From assembly GCF_009914755.1 (NCBI RefSeq), contig NC_060938.1: 64,000 nucleotides of DNA. One strand, 5' to 3'. The position numbers and the translations under genes were made by a program. Shown piece by piece: positions 1-11,659 of this stretch. Under the pieces are notes generated by a model. It had not been told where the DNA came from and made no database searches. It worked only from the letters and a program-made list of their open reading frames with translations. Each line of letters opens with the position of its first letter. The stretch's first letter is position 1. Source of the stretch: the human T2T-CHM13v2.0 reference genome, Homo sapiens.

Positions 1-400
1 AAAACTCTTGCAGCTAGCTTGGTGTCTGCTCAAATAGCCACCCAGTTTTGTGCTTTAAACCCAGGATCCTGGTGGTGTAGGCACCCGAGGGAATCTCCTG
101 GTCTGTGGATTGCAAAGACCATGGGAAAAGCATAGTATGTTGCCCACAATGCACCATTCCTCACGGCACAGTGCCTCATGGCTTCTCTTGGCTAGGGAAA
201 GGAGTTCCCTGACGCCTTGTGCTTCCCAGGTGAGGCAACACCCCACCCAGCTTCTGCTCTCCATCTGTGGGCTGCACCCACTGTCTAACCAGTCCCAATG
301 AGGTGAGCTGGGCACCTCAATTGGAAATGCAGAAATCACCCGCCTTCTGCATTGATCTCACTGGGAGCTACAGACCAGAGCTGTTCCTATTCAGCCAGCT
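1..400 (-). mobile_element. L1PA-type LINE-1 5' UTR (5' end of an element continuing left of the window)
   Basis: GC-richer block with 'gaaatgcagaaatcacccgccttctgc' and ending 'gagctgttcctattcagccagct', the reverse complement of the primate L1 5' terminus (AAGATGGCCGAATAGGAACAGCTC). The YY1 core is degenerate. Confidence 0.85.
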
Positions 401-1224
401 ACCTGATTTTTATATTTTTAAAGACATTCTTAAACTGTGCATTCCAAGACTGCTCAACCAACTCTTGTTGGCTGAGAATATAATGCATGCAACATAAAAA
501 GAATAAAAATGAACTCCTCTAAAATATTTTCAGAAAAGTTGTTTGAATTGAATGATATGATGTTAAAAATGATGATCCGCTCTCCACTGGAGATTAGAGT
601 GCAAGTCTGTGTGGTGCACAGGATATATTTAAATGAATGTTTGAATAAGTATTTCTGCAAAACCTCCTCTATAATTATCAAGATGCATTAAGTTTGTGCT
701 ACTCCCAAACAATTTTTCGTCCTCTAAAATGCTCTAGCCTTTATGAGTTATTAAAGATACATATGTAATCAGACTATAAATAAAATAGGTTAGGATAAAT
801 CATGCAGCTTTTCTTCCACCTCGTGTAACATTTTATCACTATGGTATGTGTCAAGACAGAAACTGCCTGAGGAAAAATGACAAATACTTCACTTCATGAT
901 TAATCTTTTTGCCATTATAAATGTCTTTTTTAAATTAATGTTTTATTTTGTATCTAGAGTTTGTATTTATAAGAAACCTTTTGTATTTAATCAGATCAAT
1001 TTCTCATTGCTCTCCAAAAATACTCAATGCCTATTCACTTATTATATTTTCTTCTAAGCCAGCTTCTTCTTGAGAAGTTAGTTGAACTTCTGAGAAGCAG
1101 GAAGAAGAGTGATATTATTTCCTTTCCATTACTGCGCCATCCAATAAAGCCATAAATAAAAATCTAGTATTCAAATTCCAAAGAAAACTGAAGAAGGCAA
1201 CATGATCTGGTGGAAGTATATTCA

Positions 1225-1600
1225 TGAATCTCTTAGGAGCTTGGCCTTGAGTGTAAACATGTCTTCAAGTCAGACTCTTTCAGTGAGGACAAGTTACATG
1301 GCCACCACGCACCACAGTAAGGGAGGCTGGGGAACAGGAACCGTCTGCTCTTGTGACTCCATTTATTTTTATAGCCTTCTTCTTACAGAATGATCACTCA
1401 CCCTCCTCCCCAAAAGAAACAATCCAAAGGCAAACTCCAGGATTTCAGGGTGATTCAAGACCAGTCTACCAGGTTTACATGTGATTCCTCATATGCTAGT
1501 GATTAGAACACAAATCAGCTGCTGCCCTAAACACACACATCCATACATTCATGCCTTGGCCTAGAAGTAGCATGTATCATTTTACCTACATGTCATTAAA
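1225..1600 (-). mobile_element. Ancient MaLR (MLT1-type) LTR/internal fragments
   Basis: 'acaagttacatggccaccacgcaccacagtaagggaggctgggga' and 'ggcctagaagtagcatgtatca' resemble old MLT1 LTR antisense motifs. Highly decayed. Confidence 0.45.
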
Positions 1601-1909
1601 GGATATAAAATATTCCATTTGACACTGAAAAATTTAGAAAGTTATTCAGCCAGTTGCTTTTCATAGCATGCACATGTTGAGAAGTATTTATTTTTGGTAT
1701 CATCTGACAAAACATCAAAATGATTAGCTAATATTTCCATTATTGTAGACATATATCATTGATTACATATACTCACATCTTTCTGCAATAGACTCTCTCT
1801 ATAGTACTTGCCTTTAAACACATATATCCTCACGCATTCTTCTGAAAGTACTTTAAGTATTTCAGTTCATTTAATTGGGTTATGTAAAATAATTAATGTG
1901 TGGCTAAAA

Positions 1910-1963
1910 TTTCTAGTGGCTGAAAGCTATTATAGTTTTCTAGTGGCTGAAAGCCATTATAGT
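1910..1963. repeat. 27-bp tandem duplication (2 copies, 1 mismatch)
   Basis: tttctagtggctgaaagctattatagt (1910-1936) / tttctagtggctgaaagccattatagt (1937-1963). Confidence 0.95.
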
Positions 1964-2066
1964 TTTAATTGGCCTACCCTCACTAAGTTTTAAAACTATA
2001 AGTCAGTTTTAAAACTTATTTAAAGCCATCATAGCTTTAAAACTAAGTGAGGATAGGCCATTTAAA
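1964..2066. repeat. Inverted repeat, 36-bp arms (32/36 match), 31-nt spacer
   Basis: Arm 1964-1999 versus reverse complement of 2031-2066, aligned by hand. Confidence 0.9.
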
Positions 2067-3296
2067 TTAGTAAGGCTGTGTTTTCATCAGAAATCAAACA
2101 GGTGTTGAAATCTTGATTGTATAATATACACATTTTTAAAAAGTCTTCAGTGGCTTGAAAATTTCACTTTATTTTAATGTTTTCTATAATTACAAAGTAA
2201 TTAAAATAATAAAAATAATTGTTATAATTTGATTTTTTATAGCTCACCAAATTCCCTAATGATATTGTTTTTTTCCTCTTTGGAGGAAAGTTTGTATTGC
2301 TATTTATAATAAATGTATAACTTCACACATCTTATAATTGAAATAAATTTAAATGGATTATGACTTTACTAGATCCTTCTCAACACAAGGAACACATCTT
2401 AGTTCACAAGGGAAAAAAGAATAGTGAAAACCCAAAAGACTGTGCCTCTTTTCTATTCTCTACCTTGCAAGGAAGTCGGGACAAGTCACAGTAATCCAGT
2501 GAATTCCTGTTTCAGAAGGGGCATTGCTCAAGGTCTGACGGGACCTTAATTCCGTCACAGTATAGGCAAAAAAAATCCTCCCCTTCCCACCACAGTGTCA
2601 ACATATATGCCTGTTAAACTTTTGTACATCATTTGTTCTGCGGTCAGTTTCCAAATGAAATTGAGTATCTTTAGCGGCTGACAACTGTTATTACTTACAT
2701 GAATCTGAATCAGACAGAACCTAAAAATGCCCAACTCATTTTTTTCCACTAACTACACCACCCCCCATATTTTGAACTAGATCTTTCCATTTTTAATCAC
2801 TGCATTACACAGCTCCATCAACCTCATGCTTTCTCTCTCCTTTTTCCTCATATCTTTTACATCGTTGCACTGATAATCCTTGTCAATCTCTACCTTAAAA
2901 AACTGCTGTTACCTTTCAAAGAAATTATTTCATATTGGCTTTACAAAGCCATGAGTGTATATTTAGTCTGTTAAATTAGATTAGATCCTTCAGAGATTTA
3001 ACTGAGGACAATAGAATATTAACTTCCTACTGTTTTTCTAATGACAGTGAACCTTCTCCATTGTTCAAGTATACTCACTTGCCTTTTAAATGACATTGTA
3101 TGGATGCCATCCCTTACGGCATTTAGATATTATTGATGTGCCACAATTTGAACAATGTTCAGAAGTACACAAATATCCATAATAAGACATCTTGTTGTAA
3201 GATGAGTTGTCTAAGAAATTTCTCCAAAGGGACATAGCACGTTTGCCCCAGATGCAGCATAACATCAATTTATGAAACAATGATTGTTATTAGTTA

Positions 3297-3505
3297 AGAA
3301 AGATTTTAGCTTTATTGACGTGTTGGGTGGAAGAATTCTTTAATGAGGGAGGAGTTTCCTATTCCTTGTAGGATGTATAGCATCCCTGACTTCTACCCAC
3401 AAAATGCCAGCAGCCCTCACCTCCAAGTTGTGACAACCAAACATTTCCCCAGATATTGTGAAATACCCTTTGGGGGACAAAATTGCTCCCTGTTGAGAAC
3501 CACTG
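3297..3505 (-). mobile_element. MER20 (hAT-Charlie MITE)
   Basis: 'agcatccctgacttctacccac...gttgtgacaacc...gggggacaaaattgctccctgttgagaaccactg' is the reverse complement of MER20. Confidence 0.85.
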
Positions 3506-3519
3506 GAGTAACACTAATT

Positions 3520-4340
3520 GCTATAGCAGAGACCCAAAACACATAAAGGTTTAGAAAACAGTAGTTCATTTCCCTCATAATATTCCTGGGAAGGTAAATA
3601 GATTAGTGAGTCATCTCTCTTTCATGTAGTCTTTAGGGATACATGCTGAAGGAGACTGCCATCTTCAATAAAGTCTTCCAGTTTTGTCTTGTATTCTCCA
3701 TCTAAGCCAGTCAAAAGGGTAAAAGAGCATTGAAGGGGAACTTAAATGCCATAAAAGCTTTGGTCTTGAAATAATGCACATCACTCTAATTTACTTTCCA
3801 TTGGTGAGAATAAACTGCATGGCCACAGCGAACTACAAGAGAAGCTGCAATAATAGCATAGCTCTATGCCTAAGAGAAGAGAGAAATATTTTCAGCGAAC
3901 AGTTAGCCATAAGACTTCCTACTCAGAAATTATCCATTTGGATTCATTTGCATTGGATCCTTGTTACATCCTTGCATATACAACACACTTATATCCCTTT
4001 TACAAGAGACACAATCCAATTTCTCCTTTTACACCATTCAGTTCAAACCCCAGCATATCAGGGTCATACAGTCTTCTCTATTGAGATCAGCTGTGGTTCT
4101 TCATGGTGCAAAGACCTTTGAATGAAGAAACAATTTATTGGCCTCACCCACAACTATGATCTCTTGATATACAAAGACCACTCAAGTTCTAAAAAGCTTG
4201 GCCTAGAGGTGGTACACATCATTTCATTTGTATTTCATTGGCAGGAGCTAGTCACAAGACTACATCAAACTGCAATGGAGGTTGAAATATGTTGCCTAAC
4301 ACAGAAAAAGGAACTTTGTTTTGATGAATGAGTAACAAAG
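3520..4340 (-). mobile_element. Ancient MLT1-type LTR + internal + second LTR fragment
   Basis: The LTR-like segment occurs twice (~3755-3908, ~4190-4337: 'cacatca...ccattgg...cacatggcc/cacaagac...actgca') around MLT1-int-like sequence. Confidence 0.5.
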
Positions 4341-4997
4341 TTACCAGTTTCTGGAACATAATGTAATCTGGGGAGTGATTAGATTATATGCCAAGAATAA
4401 AAGATTAAGCCCCCAGATAATACTGAACGTTAGGCATGCCTACAACATTTTGGTTCTAAATAGTCAGAAATAAGTAGATTTTCAGAAGAATGTGGGGTGT
4501 CTAAAGGAGTACATTTACTTCCTGTGTGGGAAGGGAGTGGCAGGACACAGAGTTAGTTTGAAGGCAGAGCATTATTCCCAATTGGAGCACAAAACTAAAA
4601 AGCAAGAAAAACGCCTCCTGTTTTAGTTTTTCATTTTGTTTTGTGTCTGTTTTTTTTTTTTTTTTTAATAAGTGGATTAAGAATGAAGGCCTCTCTTGGG
4701 ACACATTGGTTTCCAATGATTATTCTAGATAGTGTGAAGGCTGTTAAAGATAACAGTTCTAAATTATACTCTCAGCATCCAGAGGGTGATAAATGTTTAG
4801 AAACAAGTCAGAATTGATCTGATGAGATTGCACTTCCTCAAGTTAAGCCAATACTAAATGGCTATCACAAGCTAGGAAGAGACACTCATTCTCTTCAATG
4901 TTACTTTAGTTTTAGCTTTTTCATTACGTTTTTGTTTGTCTTCTGAATCTTTAAAAGTTTGTTCATAGATTTTTTGATATGTAGTTCCTAGAGCTTT

Positions 4998-5501
4998 TGT
5001 CAAGGAAAACTTGCATAAGACAAGTTAAACAGGTAAGAAGTCTTTATTCAAGACTATTTCAAAGGGAGACAGAGATTGAACTCAATACTGCTTTAAACAA
5101 AAGGTGGGAGAATCTTTAAGAACTGAGGTGAACTGGTATAAAAATAGGATGTTAGGTAGGAGGTTGGTCAATGTGATTAGTCCATTTGAATTTGCTAATT
5201 GGCATTTATCAAAGTTAGGCTACTATGCTACCCCAAAGACTGGGAGTTAGTGGCAGTATCTTCCTTGATGATTATCTTTCAAAGGGATGGCTCCCAGATC
5301 CTTAAGAAGGACATTACTGGGTTGTAAAACTGTCCAGAGGTTATGAAAAGATTTATGTCTCAAAGGGGCAAAGAACAAATTTACAAATACAAGTTTTTTG
5401 AAGTAAATGCTCCAAGAAAAGAGAGGCCATAGACCTTTAGTCAGGAGAAAACCTATGTAATGTTTATTTAAGCTGAGGAGAACAGTAAGACCATCTCTTC
5501 A
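4998..5501 (-). mobile_element. MER31-type ERV1 solo LTR
   Basis: TG...CA bounded ~500 bp. The reverse complement of the right end ('...gttctcctcagctt...ctcttttcttggagcatttacttc') matches the recalled MER31 5' end. Confidence 0.7.
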
Positions 5502-5943
5502 GTATTGAAATATAAAAGTGGTGTATTCAATGGTAAGTGGAGGCAATTATATATACGTTTTTAGATATAGTCTTTTGATTATGCAGTCCAAAAATCCATT
5601 TGCTCTTTGGTGACTCACATAAATCTATCAATTTAAATGGCTCACAGAAATCTCTGACCCAAAATGGCTAGTGATTTTTCTTTTTTAGGACACAGTCATA
5701 AGAAATTTCCTTTGGTTCCACACTTGGTCTTTTCTATATTTGAGACATCTGAATTTCTGAATTTTAATAATTATATATTTTATATAGCTATTCAAAACTT
5801 TGAAAAAACATTAAAAATATAAGGCTAATGTAACAGGGTAGAGGTTATCTGTTTTTATTAGAACCCTAGGGCCGGGTTAAGTAAAAACTGATTTCTGTAA
5901 TATATTAGCATTTAGGTTATGAGTCTCCACCTATTCCTAAGTA

Positions 5944-6163
5944 CAGTCATATGCTTCTTAACAATGATTCTGTCAATGATGAACCACATATACAACAGTG
6001 GTTCCATAAGATTACAATAGCTATACCATATAGCCTAGGGTGTAGTAGACTATATGGTATAGCTAGGTTTGTACAAGCACTCTTTATGATGTTTGCACAA
6101 TATCAAAATCACCTAAAATGCATTTCATAAAACTTATACCTGTCATTAAGTGACACATGACTG
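5944..6163 (+). mobile_element. Tigger3-derived MITE (MER7/Tigger3a-like, TcMar)
   Basis: TIRs cagtcat...catgactg flanked by TA on both sides (5942-5943, 6164-6165). Internal 'ctataccatatagcctagggtgtagtag'. Confidence 0.85.
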
Positions 6164-7666
6164 TATTTGCCAACAACTTTGAGAAAATTCAGGCGTGAAA
6201 TGTTCACAACAGTACACACTGCTTTTCAAATCCAATAAAAAAGGGAACAAGTGTAATATCATGTGGCTGTTTTCAGAGTAGTCTTCTCTTGTTGATCATT
6301 AGTCCAGTATTTACTTAATTATCCTCATGATTTAAACCTAATATTTAACTTTTATGTTTTCTCTCGGCATGTTTTCTGAGTGTCATCTAATTTTCTTCAT
6401 AGTAATGATTTTTTTATGTTACTTTTACTTTATTGGTATTATTTCATGATTAACCACTTCTCTTTCTTCTTTTCAAAATATTTGCATAAACACTTTTTGG
6501 CCAGAATGTAATGATTTCATTTAAATAAAAATAGTGTTAGAAGATAAGGCACTCTTCTTTTGTTTTGTTATCCCAAGATTAAATCCTCCCAAATCCTGTA
6601 TGTATGCATATGCTTCATATTTCTCCTTTATCACAGAGGTGGTTCTCACCCTCAGTTACTTGTAAAATAATCAACTCCTTCTATGGTTATTTTGCAACAT
6701 TAATGTCTCCCATGCATACTTTGAAAGAATTATTTCACTCTTTGGCAATTCTAATGCCCTTGACTTTGTATGGTGCCCTTGTCAGTCCTCAGTAGGCCCA
6801 TTTGTTTCCTTCTAGAAGAAAGTAATAAAGTTCTGTTGAGATAATGACCTTCAGTTTTAACTTTTACAAAAACAGAAGTAAATTTTTACCACATAATTAA
6901 TTTAATGGTCATTTATCCTCAAGAATTTTTGAAAAAGGTATTCCTTATTTTTAAAAAATATATAAATAATGAGACTATATTCAGAGACCTCTTTAATGAC
7001 TATTTAAATAGGTTTTAATTTTTAATTTATGTGACTTGAAATAAAAATTATTAAAGTTCATGATCCTTAAAGATCATGAACCTAAATTAAATATGAAGTA
7101 AATAATTGATCATGCCTTGACCGTTTTTAAAAAAAATTAGACTATCTGAAAGGGGAAACATTTATTGTGAACTCTGATAATTTGTTATCAAAAGAACAAT
7201 TAAAATATGCTGTCATTCAGCATATGAGTAATGATCATGATTATGACTGATTTATTTTCTTAGAGATACTGATACCCCATTGGTAGTAAAATTATTAGTT
7301 TTATAATATAATATAATTAGAGAATTTTCAGAGCTAAAGCTACACTGAGAAACCAAAGATTCAGTTCTCTGTAATCATGGAAGTCACACAGATTATTGAG
7401 TTATAATAAGGCTTATAATTCTTTGAAAAATAATGGGTCTATGGATTTAACATCCATGCTATAGAAATTAATTATATTTAGGATGTGTGAAAGGTTATCC
7501 TACGTTTAAGTCATGAATTCAGATTTGTTTTGAACCTAACGTTTTGAATCACGTCCTTCTGATAGTGAATGAGCCTAGTTTACTGTTCAGTGTATGCATC
7601 TCAGTATGGTTGTGATGCTTTCTTTTGAATATGTAATACTTTTGTGAAGTGAAAGAAGAAATCGCC

Positions 7667-7987
7667 TGTATTCGTTTCAAAGGGCTGACATAACAAATTA
7701 GCTTAAATTGGGTGGCTTACAACAATAGAAATTTATTCTTTCATAATTCTAGAAGCAAGGAGTCTGAAATTAAGATTTTAACACGGTATGTTTTCTCTGA
7801 AAGTTCCAGGGAAGAATCCTTTCTTGCCTCTTCCTAGCCGCTGGTGATTGCCAGCAATCCTTTGGTTTCCTTGGTTTGTAGCTGCATCATTTCAGTCTCT
7901 GCTTCCACCTTCAACTAGCTGTTTTCCTGCTGTGTGTGACTGTGTTTTTGCACAGCCTTCTTATAAGGACGTCAGTCATTGGATTAT
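7667..7987 (-). mobile_element. MLT1B/C MaLR LTR (partial)
   Basis: 'gggtggcttacaacaatagaaatttattct...gaagaatcctttcttgcctcttcctagc...cttcttataaggacgtcagtcattggatta'. Confidence 0.8.
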
Positions 7988-8846
7988 CTATGTAACCTCA
8001 AAGAAGCCACCTAAGTTTTATTTTCCTCATGTTAATTTCCTCCTCTAAGTAGGAATAAGTTAGCTCACAGAATTTTTGTGAGGATCAAATAGAATGTGCT
8101 TTGGGAAAGATAAAGTAATAGAAAAATATTTGAATTCTTTTTAACTTGTACCAGTCGGTAAGGTAAGCATACACCTATACCCAGGAGAACTGCCATGGCC
8201 CAAGAGCAGAAGTCAAGCAGAAACAGCCAGCTGAAAATTAGTATATTGGACTACAGTGTAGAACTAGACAGAGATCTGGGAAACATCTGCAAGAAAGTGA
8301 TGGTCTAAGGACTTTGGAAATTTAATCATAAAATAAATAACGTAAATTCTACTTTTACATTAGAGTTAATACTGTGCAAATATAAAACGTATCAAATCAT
8401 ATACAACTTTAAAAAATATCCCTATATGTTGAAACATCATATGAAAAAATTATTTATTAATATGGAATCAAACATATATCCTTAGGTTTATATTTTTACC
8501 TGGCATACTAATCCAGTTTAAAAAGCAGACACACAGTTGCAAAACATGAGCATTCTACTTTATAAGATGGCCCAGTAGCCCGTAGTTTGTAGATTACAAC
8601 TGATGTGAGTTTTTAGATTGCAACTGACCTGAGTTCTGATCATCTGTGCATTTTTGGGAGGAAGGGCATTTTAACACAAGCACATGGGTAAAGAAGACAG
8701 AAAGAAATAGGCAGAATCAAAGAATACAAGGCTTCAGTTATATAGAAGAAACACAATCAGGAAAATTATTATACAACATAGTGACTATAGTTAATATAAA
8801 TGTTAAGAAAGTAGTTGTAAAGTGTTCTCACCACAAGGATGATAAC

Positions 8847-9308
8847 TGTCAGGTCTCTGATCCCAAGCCAAGCCATCACATCCCCTGTGACTTGCACGTA
8901 TACATCCAGATGGCCTGAAGTAACTGAAGATCCACAAAAGAAGTAAAAATAACCTTAACTGATGACATTCCACCATTGTGATTTGTTTCTGCCCCACCCT
9001 CACTGATCAATGTACTTTGTAATCTCTGCCACCCTTAAGAAGCTTCTTTATAATTTTCCCCACCCTTAAGAAGGTTCTTTGTTATTCTCCCCACCCTTGA
9101 GAATGTACTTTGTGAGATCCACCCCTGCCTGCAAAACATTGCTCTTAACTTCACCACCTATCCCAAAACCTCTAAGAACTAATGATAATCCACCACCCTT
9201 TGCTGACTCTCTTTTCGGACTCAGCCCGCCTGCACCCAGGTGAAATAAACAGCCATGTTGCTCACACAAAGCCTGTTTGGTGGTCTCTTTACACGGACAC
9301 GCATGAAA
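8847..9308 (+). promoter_or_regulatory. HERV-H 5' LTR (LTR7Y / type Ia-like)
   Basis: tgtcagg...gcatgaaa. Contains 'gaagatccacaaaagaagtaaaaa', three 31-bp CCACCCTTAAGAA repeats (9011-9103) with KLF-type CCCCACCC motifs, and AATAAA at 9244-9249. Confidence 0.9.
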
Positions 9309-9310
9309 TT

Positions 9311-9328
9311 TGGTGCCATGACTCGGAT
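9311..9328 (+). other. Primer binding site, tRNA-His
   Basis: tggtgccatgactcggat versus canonical TGGTGCCGTGACTCGGAT (17/18), 2 nt after the LTR. Confidence 0.95.
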
Positions 9329-9457
9329 CAGGGGACCCCCCACTTGGGAGATCAATCCCCCGTCCTCCTGCTCTTTGCTCCGTGAGAAAGATCCACCTAT
9401 GTATGACCTCAGGTCCTCAGACTGACCAGCCCAAGAAACATCTCACCAGTTTCAAAT

Positions 9458-9466
9458 CTGGTAAGC
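9458..9466 (+). promoter_or_regulatory. HERV-H major splice donor
   Basis: CTG|GTAAGC about 150 nt downstream of the 5' LTR, the usual position of the HERV-H leader donor. Confidence 0.75.
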
Positions 9467-11036
9467 AGCCTCTTTTTACTCTCTTCTCCAACCTCCCTCA
9501 CTATTTCTCAACCTCTTTCTCCTTTCAATCTTGGCACTACACTTCAATCTCTCCCTTCTCTTAATTTCAATTCCTTTCATTTTCTAGTAGAGAAAAAGGA
9601 GACACGTTTTATCCGTGGACCCAAAACTCTGGCGCCGGTCACGGACTGGGAAGGCAGCCTTCCCTAGGTGTTTAATCATTGCAGGGGCACCTCTCTGATT
9701 ATTCACCCACGTTTCAGACGTGTCAGACCACACAGGGATGCCTGCCTTGGTCCTTCACCCTTAGCGGCAAGTCCCACTTTTCTGAGGGAGGGGCAGGTAC
9801 CCCAACCCCTTCTTTCCGTGTCTCTACCCCTTCTCTGCTCTTCTGGGGCAGGGGCAAGAACCCCTCACAACCCCTTCTCCTTCACCCTTAGCAGCAAGTC
9901 CCACTTTTCTAGGGGGCAAGAACCCCCAATCCCTTATTCCCGTGCCCCAACCCCTTCTCTGCTTTTATGGAGGGCAAGAACCCCCCACCCCTTCTCCGTG
10001 TCTCTACTCTTTTCTCTGGGCTTGCCTCCTTCACTATGGGCAAGCTTCCACCTTCCATTCCTCCTTCTTCTCCCTTAGCCTGTGTTCTTAAGAACTTAAA
10101 ACCTTTTCAACTCTCACCTGACCTAAAATCTAATCGTCTTATTTTTTTCTGCAATGCCGCTTGACCCCAATACAAACTCAACAGTACTTCCAAATAGCTG
10201 GAAAACGGCACTTTCAATTTTTCCATCCTACAAGATCTAAATAATTCTTGTCATAAAATGGGCAAATGATCTGAGGTGCCTGACGTCCAGGCATTCTTTT
10301 ACACATCAATCCCTTCCTAGTCTCTGTGCCCACTGCAACTCATCCCAAATCTTCCTTCTTTCCCTCCCTCCTGTCCCCCCAGTCCCAACCTCAAGTGTCC
10401 CTGAGTCTTTCTAATCTTCCTTTTCTACAGACCCATCTGACCTCTCCCCTCCTCGCCAGGCTGAGCTAGGTCTCAATTCTTCCTCAGCCTGGGCTCCTCC
10501 ACCCTATTATCTTTTTATCGCCTCCCCTCCTCACACCTGGTCCCGCTTACAGTTTCGTTCCGTGACTAGCCCTCCCCCACCTGCCCAGCAATTTACTCTT
10601 AAAAAGATGGCTGGAGCTAAAGGCATAGTCAAGGTTAATGCTCCTTTTTCTTTATCCCAAATCAGATAGCATTTAGGCTCTTTTTCATAAAATATAAAAA
10701 TCCAGCCCAGTTCATGACTTGTTTGGCAGCAACCCTGAGACGCTTTACAGCCCTAGACCCTAAAAGGTCAAAAGGCCGTCTTATTCTCAAAATACATTTT
10801 ATTAGCCAATCTGCCCCCGACATTAAATAAAACTCCAAAAATTAAATTCTGGCCCTCAAACCCCACAACAGGACTTAATTAACCTTGCCTTCAAGGTGTA
10901 CAATAATAGAAAAAAGTTGCAATTCCTTGCCTCCACTGTGAGACAAACCCCAGCCACATCTCCAGCACACAAGAACTTCCAAACGCCTGAACCGCACTGA
11001 CCTGGCGTTCCTCCAGAACCTCCTCCCCCAAGAGCT

Positions 11037-11144
11037 TGCTACAAGTGCCAGAAATCTGACCACCAGGCCAAGGAATACCTGCAGCCCAGGATTCCTCCTA
11101 AGCCATGTCCCATCTGTGTGCGACCCCACTGGAAATCAGACTGT
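11037..11144 (+). pseudogene. gag: HERV-H gag nucleocapsid zinc-knuckle remnant
   Basis: Translates CYKCQKSDHQAKEYLQPRIPPKPCPICVRPHWKSDC. The first knuckle has lost its last Cys (C>Y). Confidence 0.85.
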
Positions 11145-11299
11145 TCAACTCACCTGGCAGCCACTCCCAGAGCCCGTGGAACTCTGGCCCAAGGCTCTCT
11201 GACTGACTCCTTGGCTTAGCGGCTGAAGACTGACGCTGCCCGATTGCCTCAGAAGCCCCGTAGACCATCACAGATGCAGAGCTTTGGGTAACTCTCACA

Positions 11300-11659
11300 G
11301 TGGAGGGCAAGTCCGTCCCCTTCTTAATCAATACGGAAGCTACCCACTCCACATTACCTTCTTTTCAAGGGCCTGTTTCCCTTGCCTCCATAACTGTGGT
11401 AGGTATTGACAGCCAGGCTTCTAAACCTCTTAAAACTCCCCAACTCTGGTGCCAACTTAGAAAATACTCTTTTAAGCACTCCTTTTTAGTTATCCCCACC
11501 TGCCCAGTTCCCTTATTAGGCCGAGACACTTTAACTAAATTATCTGCTTCCCTGACCATTCCTGGATTACAGCCACATCTCATTGCCGCCCTTCTTTCCA
11601 ATCCAAAGCCTCCTTTGTGTCCTCCTCTTCTATCCCCCCACCTTAACCCACAAGTATAA
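11300..11659 (+). pseudogene. pro: HERV-H protease remnant (inactive)
   Basis: ORF 'VPFLINTEATHSTLP...PVPLLGRDTL'. The catalytic D-T-G-A reads N-T-E-A (11330-11341). Confidence 0.9.

Noticed and set aside
8590-8637. Small tandem duplications (24 bp here; also ~41331-41375, ~45092-45149, ~56331-56363)
   Set aside because: Ordinary slippage products with no further structure.
9011-9103. 31-bp direct repeats resembling a CRISPR array
   Set aside because: They are head-to-tail with no spacers, are a normal part of the HERV-H LTR, and are duplicated in the 3' LTR. The context is eukaryotic with no cas genes.
9311-9328. tRNA gene fragments (also 53547-53564)
   Set aside because: These are 18-nt complements of tRNA 3' ends adjacent to LTRs, i.e. 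primer binding sites, not genes.
9668-10078. 136-aa ORF with internal repeats in the HERV-H leader
   Set aside because: It starts at GTG and arises from the pyrimidine-rich repeated leader common to HERV-H copies. There is no evidence of a product.
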